The position numbers were made by a program, and so were the translations under genes. The notes beneath the pieces were generated by a model, which was not told the DNA's origin, did no database searches, and saw nothing but the letters and a program-made list of their open reading frames with translations. Source: Octopus sinensis (lineage: Eukaryota). From it: DNA of 64,000 bases. Shown one piece after another: positions 1-13,269 of the stretch. Each line of letters begins with the position of its first letter. The stretch's first letter is position 1. The stretch covers positions 122,512,001 through 122,576,000 of the forward strand of contig NC_042997.1 of NCBI RefSeq assembly GCF_006345805.1, in the 5' to 3' direction.

Positions 1-554
1 TTTTTATGTTTTAGGAATGGTTACTTGTCGCTTAAGGTGTAACCTCATTCAGAATGACCGTCGACCTCCCGAATGAAAAATAAGAAAATTCATGAACTGA
101 TTTTCGAGGATAGTCACCGAAAAATTGACGAACTTGTTGATATGACTGGTGTGTCGCTGAAGCTCCTGCCAACGAAGTTGGACAAGGAATTGTGAATGAA
201 AAGAGTTGCAGCAAAATGTGTGCCTCGCTCTTTCACGGAGGATCAAAATCAGTCAAGATTGAATGCGTGTCGTAAATTGAAAGAACAGTTGGATGTTGAT
301 CCGGACCTTTTTCCTATAGTCATCACTGGTGACGAAAGCTGGTGCAACGGAATTTGCAGATGTGGAAGAGGTGAAGAAAAAAGGCATCCCTTTGCAATAA
401 TTCCAGGAGTGCTTCGAACAGTGGAAAATGCGTCTAGACAGATGCGTTGCTTCAAATGAAGAATACTTTCAAGGCGATAAAAGTGTAAACATGGAAAACT
501 AAGTAAACGAAATAATACTGCAAAATTCCGGTTTCTTTTGGGTACACCCTCGTA
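1..554 (+). mobile_element. Tc1/mariner transposon, internally deleted non-autonomous copy (3' part with right TIR)
   Basis: Translates MKRVAAKCVPRSFTEDQNQSRLNACRKLKEQLDVDPDLFPIVITGDESWC (WVPHEL-like motif and first catalytic Asp motif TGDESW), then jumps to the C-terminus FQECFEQWKMRLDRCVASNEEYFQGD*. Ends in mariner-like TIR ...GGTACACCCTCG followed by TA (553-554). Confidence 0.9.
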
Positions 555-844
555 TAAATGACTTTACAATCATCGTTCCTTAAAGCGTGACTAAAAATTT
601 ATAGATATATTCGATAGTACATTTTAGTAATGTAACAAAAAGTAGTTAATATAACAGCAGTTTAACGGAAGGTTAACTTCACAAAAAGACAAAAATTTAA
701 CGTAGATGGAATATGAAAAATATATTGTGAAGCATGTAGAAAACGATATGAGTTCACAAGCCGTATTATAAGATTTTCTCACTATTCGGCAAACTAAGAG
801 GCTGTGTCAGCAAATTGAAGAGGAATGAATAAAATTTTCTGGGG

Positions 845-1921
845 AAGGGGTCCAGTCGATCAGATCGACCCCAGTACGCAACTGGTATTTAATTTATAGA
901 CTCCGAAAGGATGAAAGGCAAAGTCAACCTCGGCGGAATTTGAACTCAGGACGTAAAGACATGAAATATCGCTAAGCATTTCGCCCTGCGTGCTAACGTT
1001 TCTTATTTGTTTACTGCCCAAAAGGGGCTTCACACAAGGGGGGGGGGACAAACAAGGACAGACAAACGGATTTAGTCGATCATATCGACCCCAGTGCGTA
1101 ACTAGTACTTATTTAATCGACCCCGAAAGGATGAAATACAAAGTCGACCTCGGCCGAATTTGAACTCAGAACGTAACGGGAGATGAAATACCGCTAAGCA
1201 TTTCGCCCGGCATGCTCACGTTTCTTATTTCTTTATTGCTCACAAAGGATAAAACAGAGGGGGACAAACTAGGACAGACAAACGGATTAAGTCAATTATA
1301 TAGACCCTAGTGCGTAACTGGTACTTAATTTATCGACCCCGAAAGGATGAAATGTAAATTTGACTTCGGCGGAATTTGAACTCAGAACGCAGTGGCAGGC
1401 GAAATACCTATTTCTTTACTACCCACAAGGGGCTAAACATAGAGAGGACAAATAAGGACAGACAAAGGGATTAAGTCGATTACATCGACCTCAGTGCATA
1501 ACTGGTACTTATTTAATCGACCCCGAAATGATGAAAGGCAAAGTCGACCTCGGCGGAATTTAAACTCAGAATGGGATCTTTTCCTTTTGAACGGCACTTT
1601 TCAACACAATTTCTAGTTAACTAGACACTTTTAAACTTCGTATACTGGTAGAATGTGTTTATAAAACATCATAAGCCCGGCGTGCTAACGTTTCGGATTT
1701 GTTTACTGCCCAAAAGGGGCTGCACACAGAGGAGACAAACATAGAGAGACATACGGATTAAGTCCATTATATCGATCCAGTGCGTAACTGGTACTTATTT
1801 AATCGACCCCGAGAGGATGAAAGTCGACCTCGGAGGAATTTGAACTCAGAACTTAACGGCAGACGAAATATCGCTGGGCGATTCGCCTAGCGTGCTAACG
1901 TTTCTGCCAACTCGCCGCCTT
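845..1921 (-). mobile_element. Tandem array (~5 units of ~182-219 bp) of tRNA-derived SINE family B, interrupted by an unrelated ~105-bp fragment at ~1571-1676
   Basis: Repeated block with antisense GGTCGACTTTGCCTTTCATCCTTTCGGGGTCGATAAATTAAGTACCAG (resembles the MetaSINE central domain as I recall it), B-box-like GAGTTCAAATTCC, and head GGCGGCGAGTTGGCAGAAACGTTAGCAC at the 1920 end. Confidence 0.85.
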
Positions 1922-2579
1922 GCAGCACGAATAATATTAAACATGAGCCGCTGTACTTGCGCAACAAAAAAAAGGAAATGATAAAATGTAAATAAAATAT
2001 CTTGCAGCTCAGAGTATTTTGCATAAAAAGAATGGGAATGACAAAAGCAGTAATGCCTTAAAAAGAAAGTCGGACGAGAACACGATAATCTAAATACTTG
2101 GATAACTTTTAGCTTGTACAAAATAAGAATGTAGACAAAAGATTGATGTTTGTCTTGCATGAGCCACTTTTAAATGTGTTTTGCCTAGAAAAGGATATAT
2201 AGATATATATTTCTGCAAAAAATTTGCATCTGCTACAAAATGTTCAAATTCAATGTTCAGATTGGCGTCTGTAGTCATAGAAACCAACCTGCAAGCTGAC
2301 AACAGATACTACAGTAGACGTAACTTTATACCTGCGGAAAGACTAAAACCTAAAAGCCAAAATCTCTATCTCTCGTAATTTGTGTGTGTGTGTGCGTGTG
2401 TGTGTGTGTAAAGCATCGATTAAATTGTAGTAACAAATAACAATATGTATACGGTATGTATTAAATATATTTTGATGGCAAAATTCTCAGGCCAGAAAGC
2501 TAGTAGTGAATAATCAAAGTACACGATCAAAGTACAGCAGTGTATAATTCCTCCACCTCAAGTAAGTTCAAATTGAGAT

Positions 2580-3000
2580 GATTGAGAGATAGAGAGACGT
2601 AAAGGCAGAGAGAATTAGAGAGATATAGTGTGAGAGAGTAGAGGGGATAGAAAGAGAGAGAGAGAGGAGAGGGGATAGAAAGAGAGAGAGAGAGAGAGAG
2701 GAGAGGGGATAGAAAGAGAGAGAGATGAGATTGGAGAGAAAGAGAGAGAGGAGAAAGAAAGTGGGAGAGAGGAGAGAGAAAGTGGGAGAGAAAGTGGGAG
2801 AGGCGAGAGAAAGAGGGAGAGAAAGAGAGAAGGATACAGAAATACACACGCAAAGAACTACAGCGATAAACACACAAAATGAGAAAGACAGAGAGAGAAA
2901 TAGAGTAGAAAATCAGAAAAGAAGACAGAAAGAGAGATGTGGAGAATGAACAAGCAAGGAGAAAAGAAAGAGAAAAAGTGTAAGGAGGAGTGAGATACAG
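2580..3000. repeat. Polypurine (GA)n-rich low-complexity tract
   Basis: (AG)n runs with repeated units GAGAGGAGAGGGGATAGAAA and AGAAAGTGGGAGAG. Confidence 0.9.
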
Positions 3001-4639
3001 GCAGTCAGAAATATGATCTAATTCTAAAAGTTTAGCAAGAAAGTTATAACTTTCGTGGCAAAATATTACATTCACTTTCGTGAGCATCTCGATACGAAGA
3101 AATTTTATTAATTACGTAAAAACAATTTAGAAGCCAGATATTCCAAAGCATATCCTTGGATATTTTCAAATCAATAAAAACGAAATATCGGTACGCGTTT
3201 ATTTATAAGATCATGAGTAACCGCATCGTGTGCCTGTCCGCTTTAGCAAAAACGAGGGCAATGCTGTGCTATTTCATCGGCTTATAGTGGCATATCAGTC
3301 CTTTCATGTACCTGTACAAAGATAATACCACATAGTATACGATGTATATTTTGTATTGCAAATAGGCTATGAATATGCATGCATTGCACGATGTATAGTT
3401 TCTATAGAACAACGTTATACTAATAAAGGTACAAAAGAGTGAAATTTATGTTTATCTGAGCAGTATGATACTATAACCCAATAAAGAGCAGAATTGCAAA
3501 GGTAATGTAGACTTGCAAGCACAATATTAAATTGTGATACCTTTTTAAGTTAACAGAAAGAGGACACATTATTTTAGATTTCATACCACCATTTATTAAT
3601 TTGCTTCAACAAACAACTTGATATTTTTCTCTGAATCATTCTTTCATGTATTGTGAAGTTAGACATAAAAGTATGTTATTGCATTCTGTGGAAGGTAACC
3701 AAATATGAGGAATGTATAGAGCATCAACGAACTATTAGATATCGTTCATTTTGTCGAACTCACTTAAATCTTAGTGTGAGTCAGCTGCTCTTGGCTAACT
3801 CACATTGAAGCTATAGAAGTAAGGTACAGCAACAATGTTGAATCTAAATAAGTAATCAAGTAGACAAACTTTTCGCCTTGCTATGAATGGGAGATGGCCA
3901 GCAGAAATCTTACAACTTTAGATTTAAACAGACTGATTTTGAAGGTTTCAGTTCGCGTGTTCTTCGAGACTAAATAGGATAAAGTCAGCTATTTCATTCA
4001 TATAATATGTTCCTCTTCGTGGATACAGAATTGTTATGTCTTTAAAGTAGAATAATTTTGAAGTTTCTTCAATAAAATTTGAATGGAGGCATGGGAAAAT
4101 ACCACAACTACAATTGTTCGGTTTCAAGTAATTTTACACTTTATTACAAAGACTGTGCTTGGATGCTAAATCCACCGCCCAGTTAACAAAAATGCCTCCC
4201 TGCTGAGAAATCACTGAAACTACTGTTTTTAATTCAGCTTCCAATATCACACTAAAACTCACCAGATATTCTTTTATATGCCCCAAATTCATTTCAGCCG
4301 CGGCGGTTTAAAAATTATTCGTATTTCATATCAAAAGTATTTACACTATTGTTCCTATATAGAAAGTATTCCAGGTCCCTACACTGATATCAATTCTACA
4401 CTTTTAAAAATTGGTAAATTGGTTTATTTGTAAAATATGTCTCAACCCCTTACAACTATTAACCGAATGATTTAGTGCATGTTGATAGTTAGCCAATGTT
4501 TCTACTGCCATCACAATAGCAGCACACCTATAGGATAGTAAATTCATTAAAATAGCCTATCTTGCGATATGCATCGCCAGAAACTTACATTTTCTTTGCG
4601 GATATGCATTCAACAAATTCTCGGCGCTAAACATTTCAA

Positions 4640-4856
4640 TTATTTTCTGTCTAGAACGACACATAATATACTAGGGAGAGTTTACGAAAAAAAACCCAAA
4701 AGACAGATGGTGTACAAAACAAACAGATGTATTAGTATAACGCTCTTTTATGTTTCGAGCCGACGCTCTTCTACAGAAAGGGACACAGAAAAAAACAAGG
4801 AAGAAACAAGGAGAGACAAAAAATGTGTGTAGTGGCTAACGATCTACTTGTATTAG
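4640..4856 (-). mobile_element. Short dispersed repeat, probable PLE pseudo-LTR remnant with degenerate hammerhead motif
   Basis: Homologous to 13076-13212 in opposite orientation. Minus strand 4780-4745 reads CTTT-CTGTAGA-A-GAGC(gtcg)GCTC-GAAA-CA-TA-AAAG. Confidence 0.55.
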
Positions 4857-5938
4857 AAATGTGGGTCATGAACATTGTGTCCACACTACCAAACTTAAAT
4901 GCACGGCAAATGTTATGTCTGCTTTTTTCTTAGTTCTAACACTTAAATAAAACGAAACTCAGTGCTGGCCTTACTAAAGATTATTTAGTCTGCAAACAGA
5001 TATTCTCCATATACATCTTTTATTCTCTGTATATTTTCTCGTACGTAGATCGAATCATTCGCTTTTTACTTTTTACCTTCGAGCTCATATAAGCGGAGAT
5101 ATGCTATTATCCAAATATTGTTTCACAATACACAATCTCTTTACTAGCCAACTCATTCAATCTTTCTCATCAGAAATATTTCGCAATGTAGTAATGACTG
5201 CAACATTCTATTTCTGCCTGCGTTTCTCAATATCATAGTTGTTTTGTTTTGTTTAATTTTTTTTTCACGTGGTTTAATCAGATCGATACCTAAGTTCAAG
5301 GTAGCTATCTAATGAAATCGACTTTGCTTTGCGAACGAAATAAACAATAAATTTCAATGTAAAAGAAAAGAAAGCAATTTGGTGCTTTTTTGTTTACATC
5401 TTTTACCCTTTGCTCCAATTTATTTTCAATTCAGTTTCTGGTTGAGATCGATATGCATCCACTTTGCCGAATTTATTTTTAACATTATTTGTTGTTTTTA
5501 CCGAATCTAAACAATTGGTTTCTCTTAATAGTTTCTCTGCAGGAACTGTCTGCAATAGCATGTTATAAAAGAGTGGTGAATCAAGAAAACATAGCTAGAC
5601 CCAACTACAATATATGTGTAATATGAAGGCGATGGCATGCAACAATAACAATAGTAAATCTAACAATGATACTAAGACAAATATAAAAACAATAATAGTA
5701 ATTATGATGTTCCTAACGATAGTGATGATAATAATAATCAGGATGAAAACTCACTGTGACGATAAAAAAATACCCATAATAGTGCTGAGTACATATTTGC
5801 CTTTAGCGCCAATGAACAAGAAACAAAACACGCAGCCATTAAATGAAGAAATCAATTACGAACAAAGGAAACACAAATCTGCAAATCCAAGTGTTACAGG
5901 AAGAATATTTACTTACTTAGGAAATGCTAGAAAGAGCA

Positions 5939-6001
<63 letters not shown>

Positions 6002-6152
6002 TACATACAAGTGTGTGTGTGTTACAATATGATGAGAGAAAGTAATTAATAAATTACAAGTTTTACGTTAATTACATTGATATTAGAGGCGAAAATGCCA
6101 GCTCTCGTAGAGTATTTATACAAACAAATCATCAGTTCCCTTGCTTCATATA

Positions 6153-6184
<32 letters not shown>

Positions 6185-6185
<1 letters not shown>

Positions 6186-6333
6186 GGCTGTGTAGTAAGT
6201 AACTTGCTTACCATCCACATGGTTCCAGGTTCAGGCCTACTGCGTGGCAACTTGGGCAAGTGTCTTCTATAGCCTCGGCCTGACCAAAGCCTTGTGGGTG
6301 GATTTGGTAAACGGAAACTGAAAGAAGCCCGTC

Positions 6334-6368
<35 letters not shown>

Positions 6369-6570
6369 AGTGTCTGCGTCTCCCCAACATCGCTTGACAA
6401 CTGACGGTGGTGTTTACGTCCCTGTAACTTAGCGGTTCGGCAAAAGAGACCGATAGAATAAGTACTAGGCTTATAAAGAATAAGTCCTGGGATCGATTAG
6501 CCCGACTAAAGGCGGTGCTCCAGCATGGCCACAGTCAAATGACTGAAACAAGTAAAAAAGATTAAAAAAA

Positions 6571-6572
<2 letters not shown>
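6185..6572 (+). mobile_element. tRNA-derived SINE family A (full length, internal (TA)n)
   Basis: A-box-like TGGCTGTGTAGTAAG, B-box-like GGTTCAGGCC, CORE-like CTTGGGCAAGTGTCTTC, tail CCAGCATGGCCACAGTCAAATGACTGAAACAAGTAAAA; (TA)n on both flanks. Confidence 0.85.
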
Positions 6573-6604
<32 letters not shown>

Positions 6605-6799
6605 CATTATATCAGAATACATCAAGATTTTCCTTTCTGTTCTAAATACAACGAACTGGTTATTTTCAGATATATTTTAACGGGAATCTCTACAAAGTGG
6701 GAGACGAGTTTCTCTTTGTTGCAGATCATTATCTAAGCTCATTTTAAAGATCACCCCACAACCTTTCTTTCATTAGCAAGACTAAATGATTCTATATGT

Positions 6800-7070
6800 C
6801 TGGTGGCATTGTTAAAGGAGGTTACCTGATGAGCTACATTGAACGGGCTAACGAGACGCACTGACCACTTTAGTCAGGCTCTCAACACCATTCTCAAGCT
6901 TCAATTGAAAAAGAAATTGATTTTGCACAAATCGGTGATGCCTCGTAGTAAATGAATACATTAAAAGGTGTCCGAGACCTGCTGGCATGGTCCCAGGGAA
7001 TGGGTTTCCTTTAAGCATATGCTTTGTATTTAAAGTGGACAGCTTTGGAAGAACGCTTGACTTCATGTTC
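6800..7070 (+). mobile_element. Possible ancient RTE-like LINE RT fragment
   Basis: SIEKEIDFAQIGDAS resembles the RT motif (D)KEIDxRIxKAS; many stops. Confidence 0.3.
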
Positions 7071-9839
7071 AGTGTGAGAATGGTTCTTTATTATTACCAT
7101 ATATTTGACAAATTTTCGTTTTGCTCGCTTCAAATCGTCTCTGACTTTGTAACTTTCGTCGTATGATATCCTCGTTTATGTATAAAATACAGTTGGTTAT
7201 TATCTCGGTCCGAAAATTATTACTGCAATCTCACCAAATTCAATTTAAAAAGCGAAATTACAAAATAGAATGTTGGAAAATCCAGATGCGCATTTCTCCT
7301 TACAAGAGAAATATTGCCACATAGCGATTCAAGCCCTATTTGTTGAATCGTATCGAGAAAGGCGGAACAAAATCACATTTACAAGAAACACGAACACTTA
7401 TATAAACACAAATGGACAAAACAAGATTTAGAAAGATAAAAACACAACAAATAATGCATTAAATGTCTTACCGCGTATATCTCAATAAGAATATTTTTAT
7501 GGTGTATTACTGAGAGAAAGTGCGATCGATATTGTTACTATTAAGTGCAACGGCTTTCGCATAAACACGCTAAACAAGGGTAGCGTTTCTGAATGTGAGG
7601 TTTTGCCTGTGCTTTTAACACAATAAGTTAAATTCATGTGAAAGGAATCCGTGCAGCATACCTATTTGGAGTCATACAGTGTTCTTGTTTGTACAGTATA
7701 GACACGCCCAAGTAAGATAAAATCTTCCTGCAGGCCGCAAGAGAATTTATCGGGGACGTGGGGTAAGAGGTTCATCGCCTCAATGTGTGTTAATTGTGTT
7801 TTTAATTGTAATGGTCTTGTTAGTCCAAAGAAATTGTAAAACATTGTAAACTGTAACAGGTTTATTACTGCAATATGTGTTTTATTAAAAGACGATGTTA
7901 TAGAGAAGCAGAGGGTCGGCGGGATTCTTTCTGTCTTCTCCCGTCCTTATCTTGAATCATTATTATTCGCCTCATCAATGTCTTGTCCAGCCCGCTAAGC
8001 TACATATCTGTGTACTGTATTTATGGCAAATGAAATGAATAAAAGTAAGATAAAATCTTACGTACTTTGGTATTTTAAAAATATCATAGAGGCTTTCATT
8101 TACCTTCAAATGTGGAGGTGGAAAAACCTAGAACAAGGAAGAACACATTCATCATCATATTTATACTTCAAATGTTACATCAAAGAAACAGAGACTACGC
8201 TTAGGGACAACAGCTATGACATTCGAAACTGGAACGTTATCGCTGATGTATTTCGTATGGTTGGATTGATTACTTCGGAGGGGACTAAAGAAGTTGTTGT
8301 AGATGGGTATAAGGATGAACATACATGCCCCATTGGATATGGAAAACCAGAACTCAACAAATAATATAAAAGAAAATTGTGCCCTATTAAGGAAGAAGAG
8401 AAAAATGGCACAAGGCTTACGATGCAATATTAAATGACAAAACGCTTCAATTGTTGTAATAATAGCCATTTGATAAATTTTGGTCTGAGGATTAGCTAAA
8501 GTAAAAAAAATATACGGCTTCAGACCAGCAGTCCTAATTTCCAGAACTGCCCTGTTTCTTGATGTTCTTTTAATACTACTTCCATTTGCCTAACTGATTT
8601 CCATATGTTTGGTAAACTAGAAGTCCACACTGACAAACCACAAAATATCATGTAGCATCGCATGGCTCCATATGGAAAGAGTTAATACTGCTTAAACAAT
8701 TTGGGAAAGCATTTGCAACTATGCGAAGATATGGGGCCTTCTTTATGGAAAATGTCAGAAGTAGGCTTACAAAAAGTCGTGTTAAAACAGACATGAACCT
8801 TTGCTTTGTATGCTCCGATGTTTAAGTAGCACGCGCGCACTTTCAGTTGACATAGTTTTATCACGAGAAAGAAGTGTAATAGAGCGATTTAAAAGTTCAA
8901 AATCATAGTACGATATGACAGAATTTAGTTGGAGCTGATGATTTGTGTCTTTATATTGGTGATAATTTGTTTTAATTGTTCGGTATCTTCATATAATTTC
9001 CTTTATACTCCTCATTAATATTTCAGTTGCGTCTTTTGTATAATATCCTCTTTCTCGCCATATAGCTGTAAGTCATGCATAGAGTACACACACACACACA
9101 CACACACACCGATATATTACATGCGTATATATACACGTACATTATGTATTGTCTGATTGTAGTTCTTAAAACTCCTCCAAAATTTCCCTCGTATGCTTTT
9201 GTGATGTTCTCGTTAATTTGTATATGTAGCATTTTATTAGTTTCATCTTGTATGTATAAGAATGGTGTAGTATCATTAATTGTAGGTTTCTAGTTTATGG
9301 ATCTAATTTAATGTGCTGAGTTTCAATTAATGTCCACTGTTTAGTAATTTTAATATAATTGTCAAACCCCATCTTGATTTTCACATCCAGCAGAATACAT
9401 GGACTGTTATTAAGATTTCCAGCTATATATTGTCATTTATAAGTACCACTATGTAATACTTAAAGCGGAAATGGTTTATAATTGCCACAACAATTTAGAA
9501 ATGTTGGATATTTTATTCAACAAAATTGTATATTTCAACCACCTGCAAAAGTAAATAAGAAATCGCCTTGGTAGATTCTTCATTTCACACTTATAGACAT
9601 GTATTAATCAGCCTCTCCGTACTCCAAAGTTGCGGCCTTTTGCGATTTTCTCATTACATGTCTTATGTTCCGTGGGTCTGAATACTCGCTCATTCATTAA
9701 AAGCGATCTTAGCAACCCACATATATTTCGTTGTATAATGAATGTTGTATGACGAATGTCAAGTTTGCTTGATGGATAATGAACGTTTCCCCATCATTTT
9801 GCCGTTACTTACACCTTGTTTTCTTCCTCTTTCAGAAAG

Positions 9840-11900
9840 ATAGAACGTAGGGCAACGGTGTAATTCCGGATACTTCGTCGCCGATTATTCAGAGATATAA
9901 CTAGTTCGGTACGCTTTGCCCAGCAGCCTCCCAGAAAAGCAACTGATTCCAAATCTGAGTAGATAGTTTAAGAAATTTAGTTTGGTTAGCTACCCAGGAA
10001 ATGCAAATTTCAACGCAACACCAAATAAGCTGAGAACTAGATACCAGTGTCTTAGCATACAGCAGCTTGGTAAATGAACACTGTACTGAAATGTAGACCC
10101 AATACCCCGAAATTATTCTGCAGGTCAAGGACGCGCTCATGTGTACAGCCATCCTTTCTGATCGTTAATCAAGACCTCCAGCGTTGGGTAAGACATGCTA
10201 AAAGCAGGTACAGGATAACACTTAAAGCCGCAGTGTTTACCCTGTATGAAAATGATGTGAACGTATTTCTCATCCGAGATAAACTAGAAAGGACATTATC
10301 CGGAAGTGCACTGGACGGTTATGTGACCTTCACTGAAGACAACGCGGTTTGCTCAGTGAGCAACAGAAGTTAGTCTAACCAAGACGCATTTCAGTTGAAC
10401 TCGATTAGCTGTGCCCAACAAGTATCCTGATATGCGGTCAAATAACAATAAATAAATCCTTTCTACTATAGATACAAGGCCTGAAATATGAAGCGCGGCC
10501 GAGTCGATTACATCGACCCCACTACTCAATCGATATTATTTTTTGATACCATAGGTATGAAAGGCAAAGTTGACATTGGTAGAAAGAAAAAGAAATAATG
10601 AAACGGCCAAAACACTCCTACTTAGTAGAAGTAAGACACTCATGCTGGAACATCCGGACCACATTTGATACAGCAGATAGTGATCGCATAGAACGTTGCA
10701 CTAGGCTGCTTTACTCGTGATATTTCAAGGTTCACTATTGACACCACTGCTTTCAGTGAAATCCTCGTAAAAAGCGTAGTGATATTCTACATAATTCTGG
10801 CCACCGATTTCATTATTTTTGTCTCTTAGATGCTGAAAGACACCTTACTGGAGTATTTTGGTATTCATGAAAGGAATTGTTTCAAATTCTGGAAATCGGT
10901 CCAAACCAATAGCTATGATCAGCATGCAACTAAGTTTAAACCTCGTAGAAAGGTACAGTTTCAATGTATTATGTCCCCGATCTCTAAACAGATTCTGAAT
11001 TTTGCCGCAAATCATACGCTAAACTCATGTAGGAAAGATTATCCTTGGTGACACAAAGCTTCGGTAGTTAAAGTCTCATAAGTCAGAGTAGAAGTACTTT
11101 GAAAACATAATATCGGAAATTTATTGCAAAGAACAACGTTTGCAATCTTTCATTCGATACGCTATCTTCCAGTAGAAACTCAGCCCGAAAAAACTCCAGA
11201 ATCTTCCTTAGTCGAAGCTTTGGCACCAAATAGACGTCATTGTGTTACTTCCGACAAGCATTCCAAATGTGTTCTAAATTCAAACAGTGTCCACTGCATT
11301 ATGATACATAGTGCTGGCTTATAGTCTGCTGCTCTATTGAACATCATGTAATATCCAAGATAAAGGGAGAATGTGTTCCTAAGTAAGGGTGTCATGTAAG
11401 TCAGTTGTAAGCCTGTTTTGAGCCAAATCATTAAAATGAGATTGAGGACCTTAACCTCGCTACAATTCATTTCCCAAGATTTCTCTGTGAGAAGTTAAAA
11501 TATACTAAGCTGCATCCGTCCACTGAAGAAGCCCCAAGGTTTTCGACAATCAAACAACAGCTGTTTCAAGGAAACTTCCAGATCCAGAACTTATGTACTG
11601 GAGAATGATGAAGGGACATTGTAAAAAGAACATTTTTATTGGCATTTTTGTGATAATAAAATATCTTAGGATGTTACGACAATGATGTATGACTCTTTGC
11701 ACAACATTCAAAACAATTTGGGAGTACAGACAGAGAAACACTCTTTAGAAACTAATTGCATAAGCTGACCGCGTGGTTGAAGCATTTCCAAACTATCCTC
11801 GACACCAATTGCATTAAATAAATTCAGCAGAAACGATTGTTATTAGGTTCAAACATTGTTTCCTTCAAAACATACATGACTACAGAGTACATCAGATCAA
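9840..11900 (+). mobile_element. Possible heavily decayed RTE-like LINE (APE-linker-RT N-terminus)
   Basis: Collinear weak motifs across frames: NFNA (~GDFNA), ILSDR (~SDH), KGVM*...SQIIKMRLR (~RGISLL...IILxRL), PQGFRQS (~QxGFR), FGSTDRETLF (~AFDSVDRETLW). Higher GC than the flanks. Confidence 0.4.
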
Positions 11901-13075
11901 CCGGCATGATATGTACGGCCTTTTATATGCCTTTTATGAAGGGCTTATTTTTATAGGTTACACTGCTTCCTTTAGATGTTTTGGACATTCATTCTTACCG
12001 ATTTCTTTAAGTCTTTATTTTCATTATTATTAATAACAGTGTTGATGACACAAATGAGTATGACAATTATAATGGCAATATTGCTGACGATGGCAATAAT
12101 GATGATAATCGTAATCATGCATGCTGTCGTTGATAGTGAACATGGTTAATATTTTGTGAGCTGCGTGAATACATTAAGGTATGAAAAGGCAAATACACTG
12201 TAATCTTGAACCTCCAAGTTCCGGACATTAGAAAGAGAAAAAAATTGTTTGATCCATGTTAATGAAACGGAAAAGTAACAAATAGAAAAGGAAGATTGAA
12301 AGCCACTATATCTAAAAAGGGAGTATTATGTGGCCTAACATTAATAATTGCTGCTGGAACTAAAAGAAAAGAGGATTATGACGACACAAACTAAAAAGGC
12401 TAAAATGGAGTGTTTCACCGAATTATGGCTCTATAAAGGAGATAAAAGAATGTTATAGCATCGAATGCTTTTGTTTTTATTTGTTTACAATGAATTAACT
12501 CTGGAAACAAGTTTGATTTTCAACAACGACATGGCGTAAAGATACGTCATGGTTACGCAAACATTAACAGATTAAAGCTGATCATAATGTGGTCAGGATG
12601 GCACATAACTATTACAAAATAAATGGTACTTGGACACTACTACAGCGCCTTCTTTTACTTCTAACGCTGGTATATTTACTATTGCTGTCCCTGTGAACTT
12701 TCTTACAGCAGCGTCTTCAAAGAGAACATTAACTGCATCGAACTCACCGTTTTTTGAAAGCTTTAGAAAGGCTATCTGTACATCTCCTTCATCTAAAGCA
12801 AACTAGTGAAATATTACTTTCACAGCTAAAACATTCGCCAATATTATTTATTCAGTTATGGATAAAAATTAAACGGAGAAATCAGAAAATCTGACCATGA
12901 TGAAAGGTTGATGGTTCATATCTAAAAGGTAGGCGCGAGAACATGCGAAAATATAAAATAGATTATGCATCGGGAAAAATGTACTGGGATTAAAAGACAA
13001 CTGCACGTACAGGGAATGTGGGTTAAATAATTGGGTTTTAGTGGATAAAGGCTATAATAGATAGACGTTGCATAT

Positions 13076-13212
13076 ATTAGCCACTACACACATTTTTTTC
13101 TCTCCTTTTTTTCTGTGTCCCTTTCTGTAGAAGAGCATAAAAGACTTTCTATTCCTGAGCGTTATACTAATACATCTGTTTCTTTTGTACACAACCTGTC
13201 TTCGTAAACTCA
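13076..13212 (+). mobile_element. Second copy of the 4640-4856 repeat, hammerhead stem II deleted
   Basis: TAGCCACTACACAC...CTGTGTCCCTTTCTGTAGAAGAGC|ATAAAAGAC...GCGTTATACTAATACATCTG; ends at a (CT)n(AT)n tract. Confidence 0.55.
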
Positions 13213-13221
13213 CTCTCTCTC

Positions 13222-13269
<48 letters not shown>

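Noticed and set aside
845-1921. CRISPR-like repeat/spacer appearance
   Set aside because: Units are ~200-bp SINE copies with no unique spacers; animal DNA with no cas genes.
2527-3087. 186-aa Leu/Ser-rich ORF resembling a membrane protein
   Set aside because: Antisense of a (GA)n tract.
4125-4300. 57-codon minus-strand frame with a SEA-like look
   Set aside because: No acceptor or start upstream; length expected by chance.
6185-6260. tRNA genes at SINE heads
   Set aside because: A- and B-boxes are present but no complete cloverleaf; each continues into a SINE body.
8023-8364. 113-aa ORF
   Set aside because: No recognisable domain; possibly a very old LINE remnant, but not supportable.
9813-9954. 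Minus-strand 142-nt open segment with CAG acceptor and GTAAGT donor
   Set aside because: Lies within a probable decayed LINE on the other strand; peptide unrecognised; only RNA-seq could rescue it.
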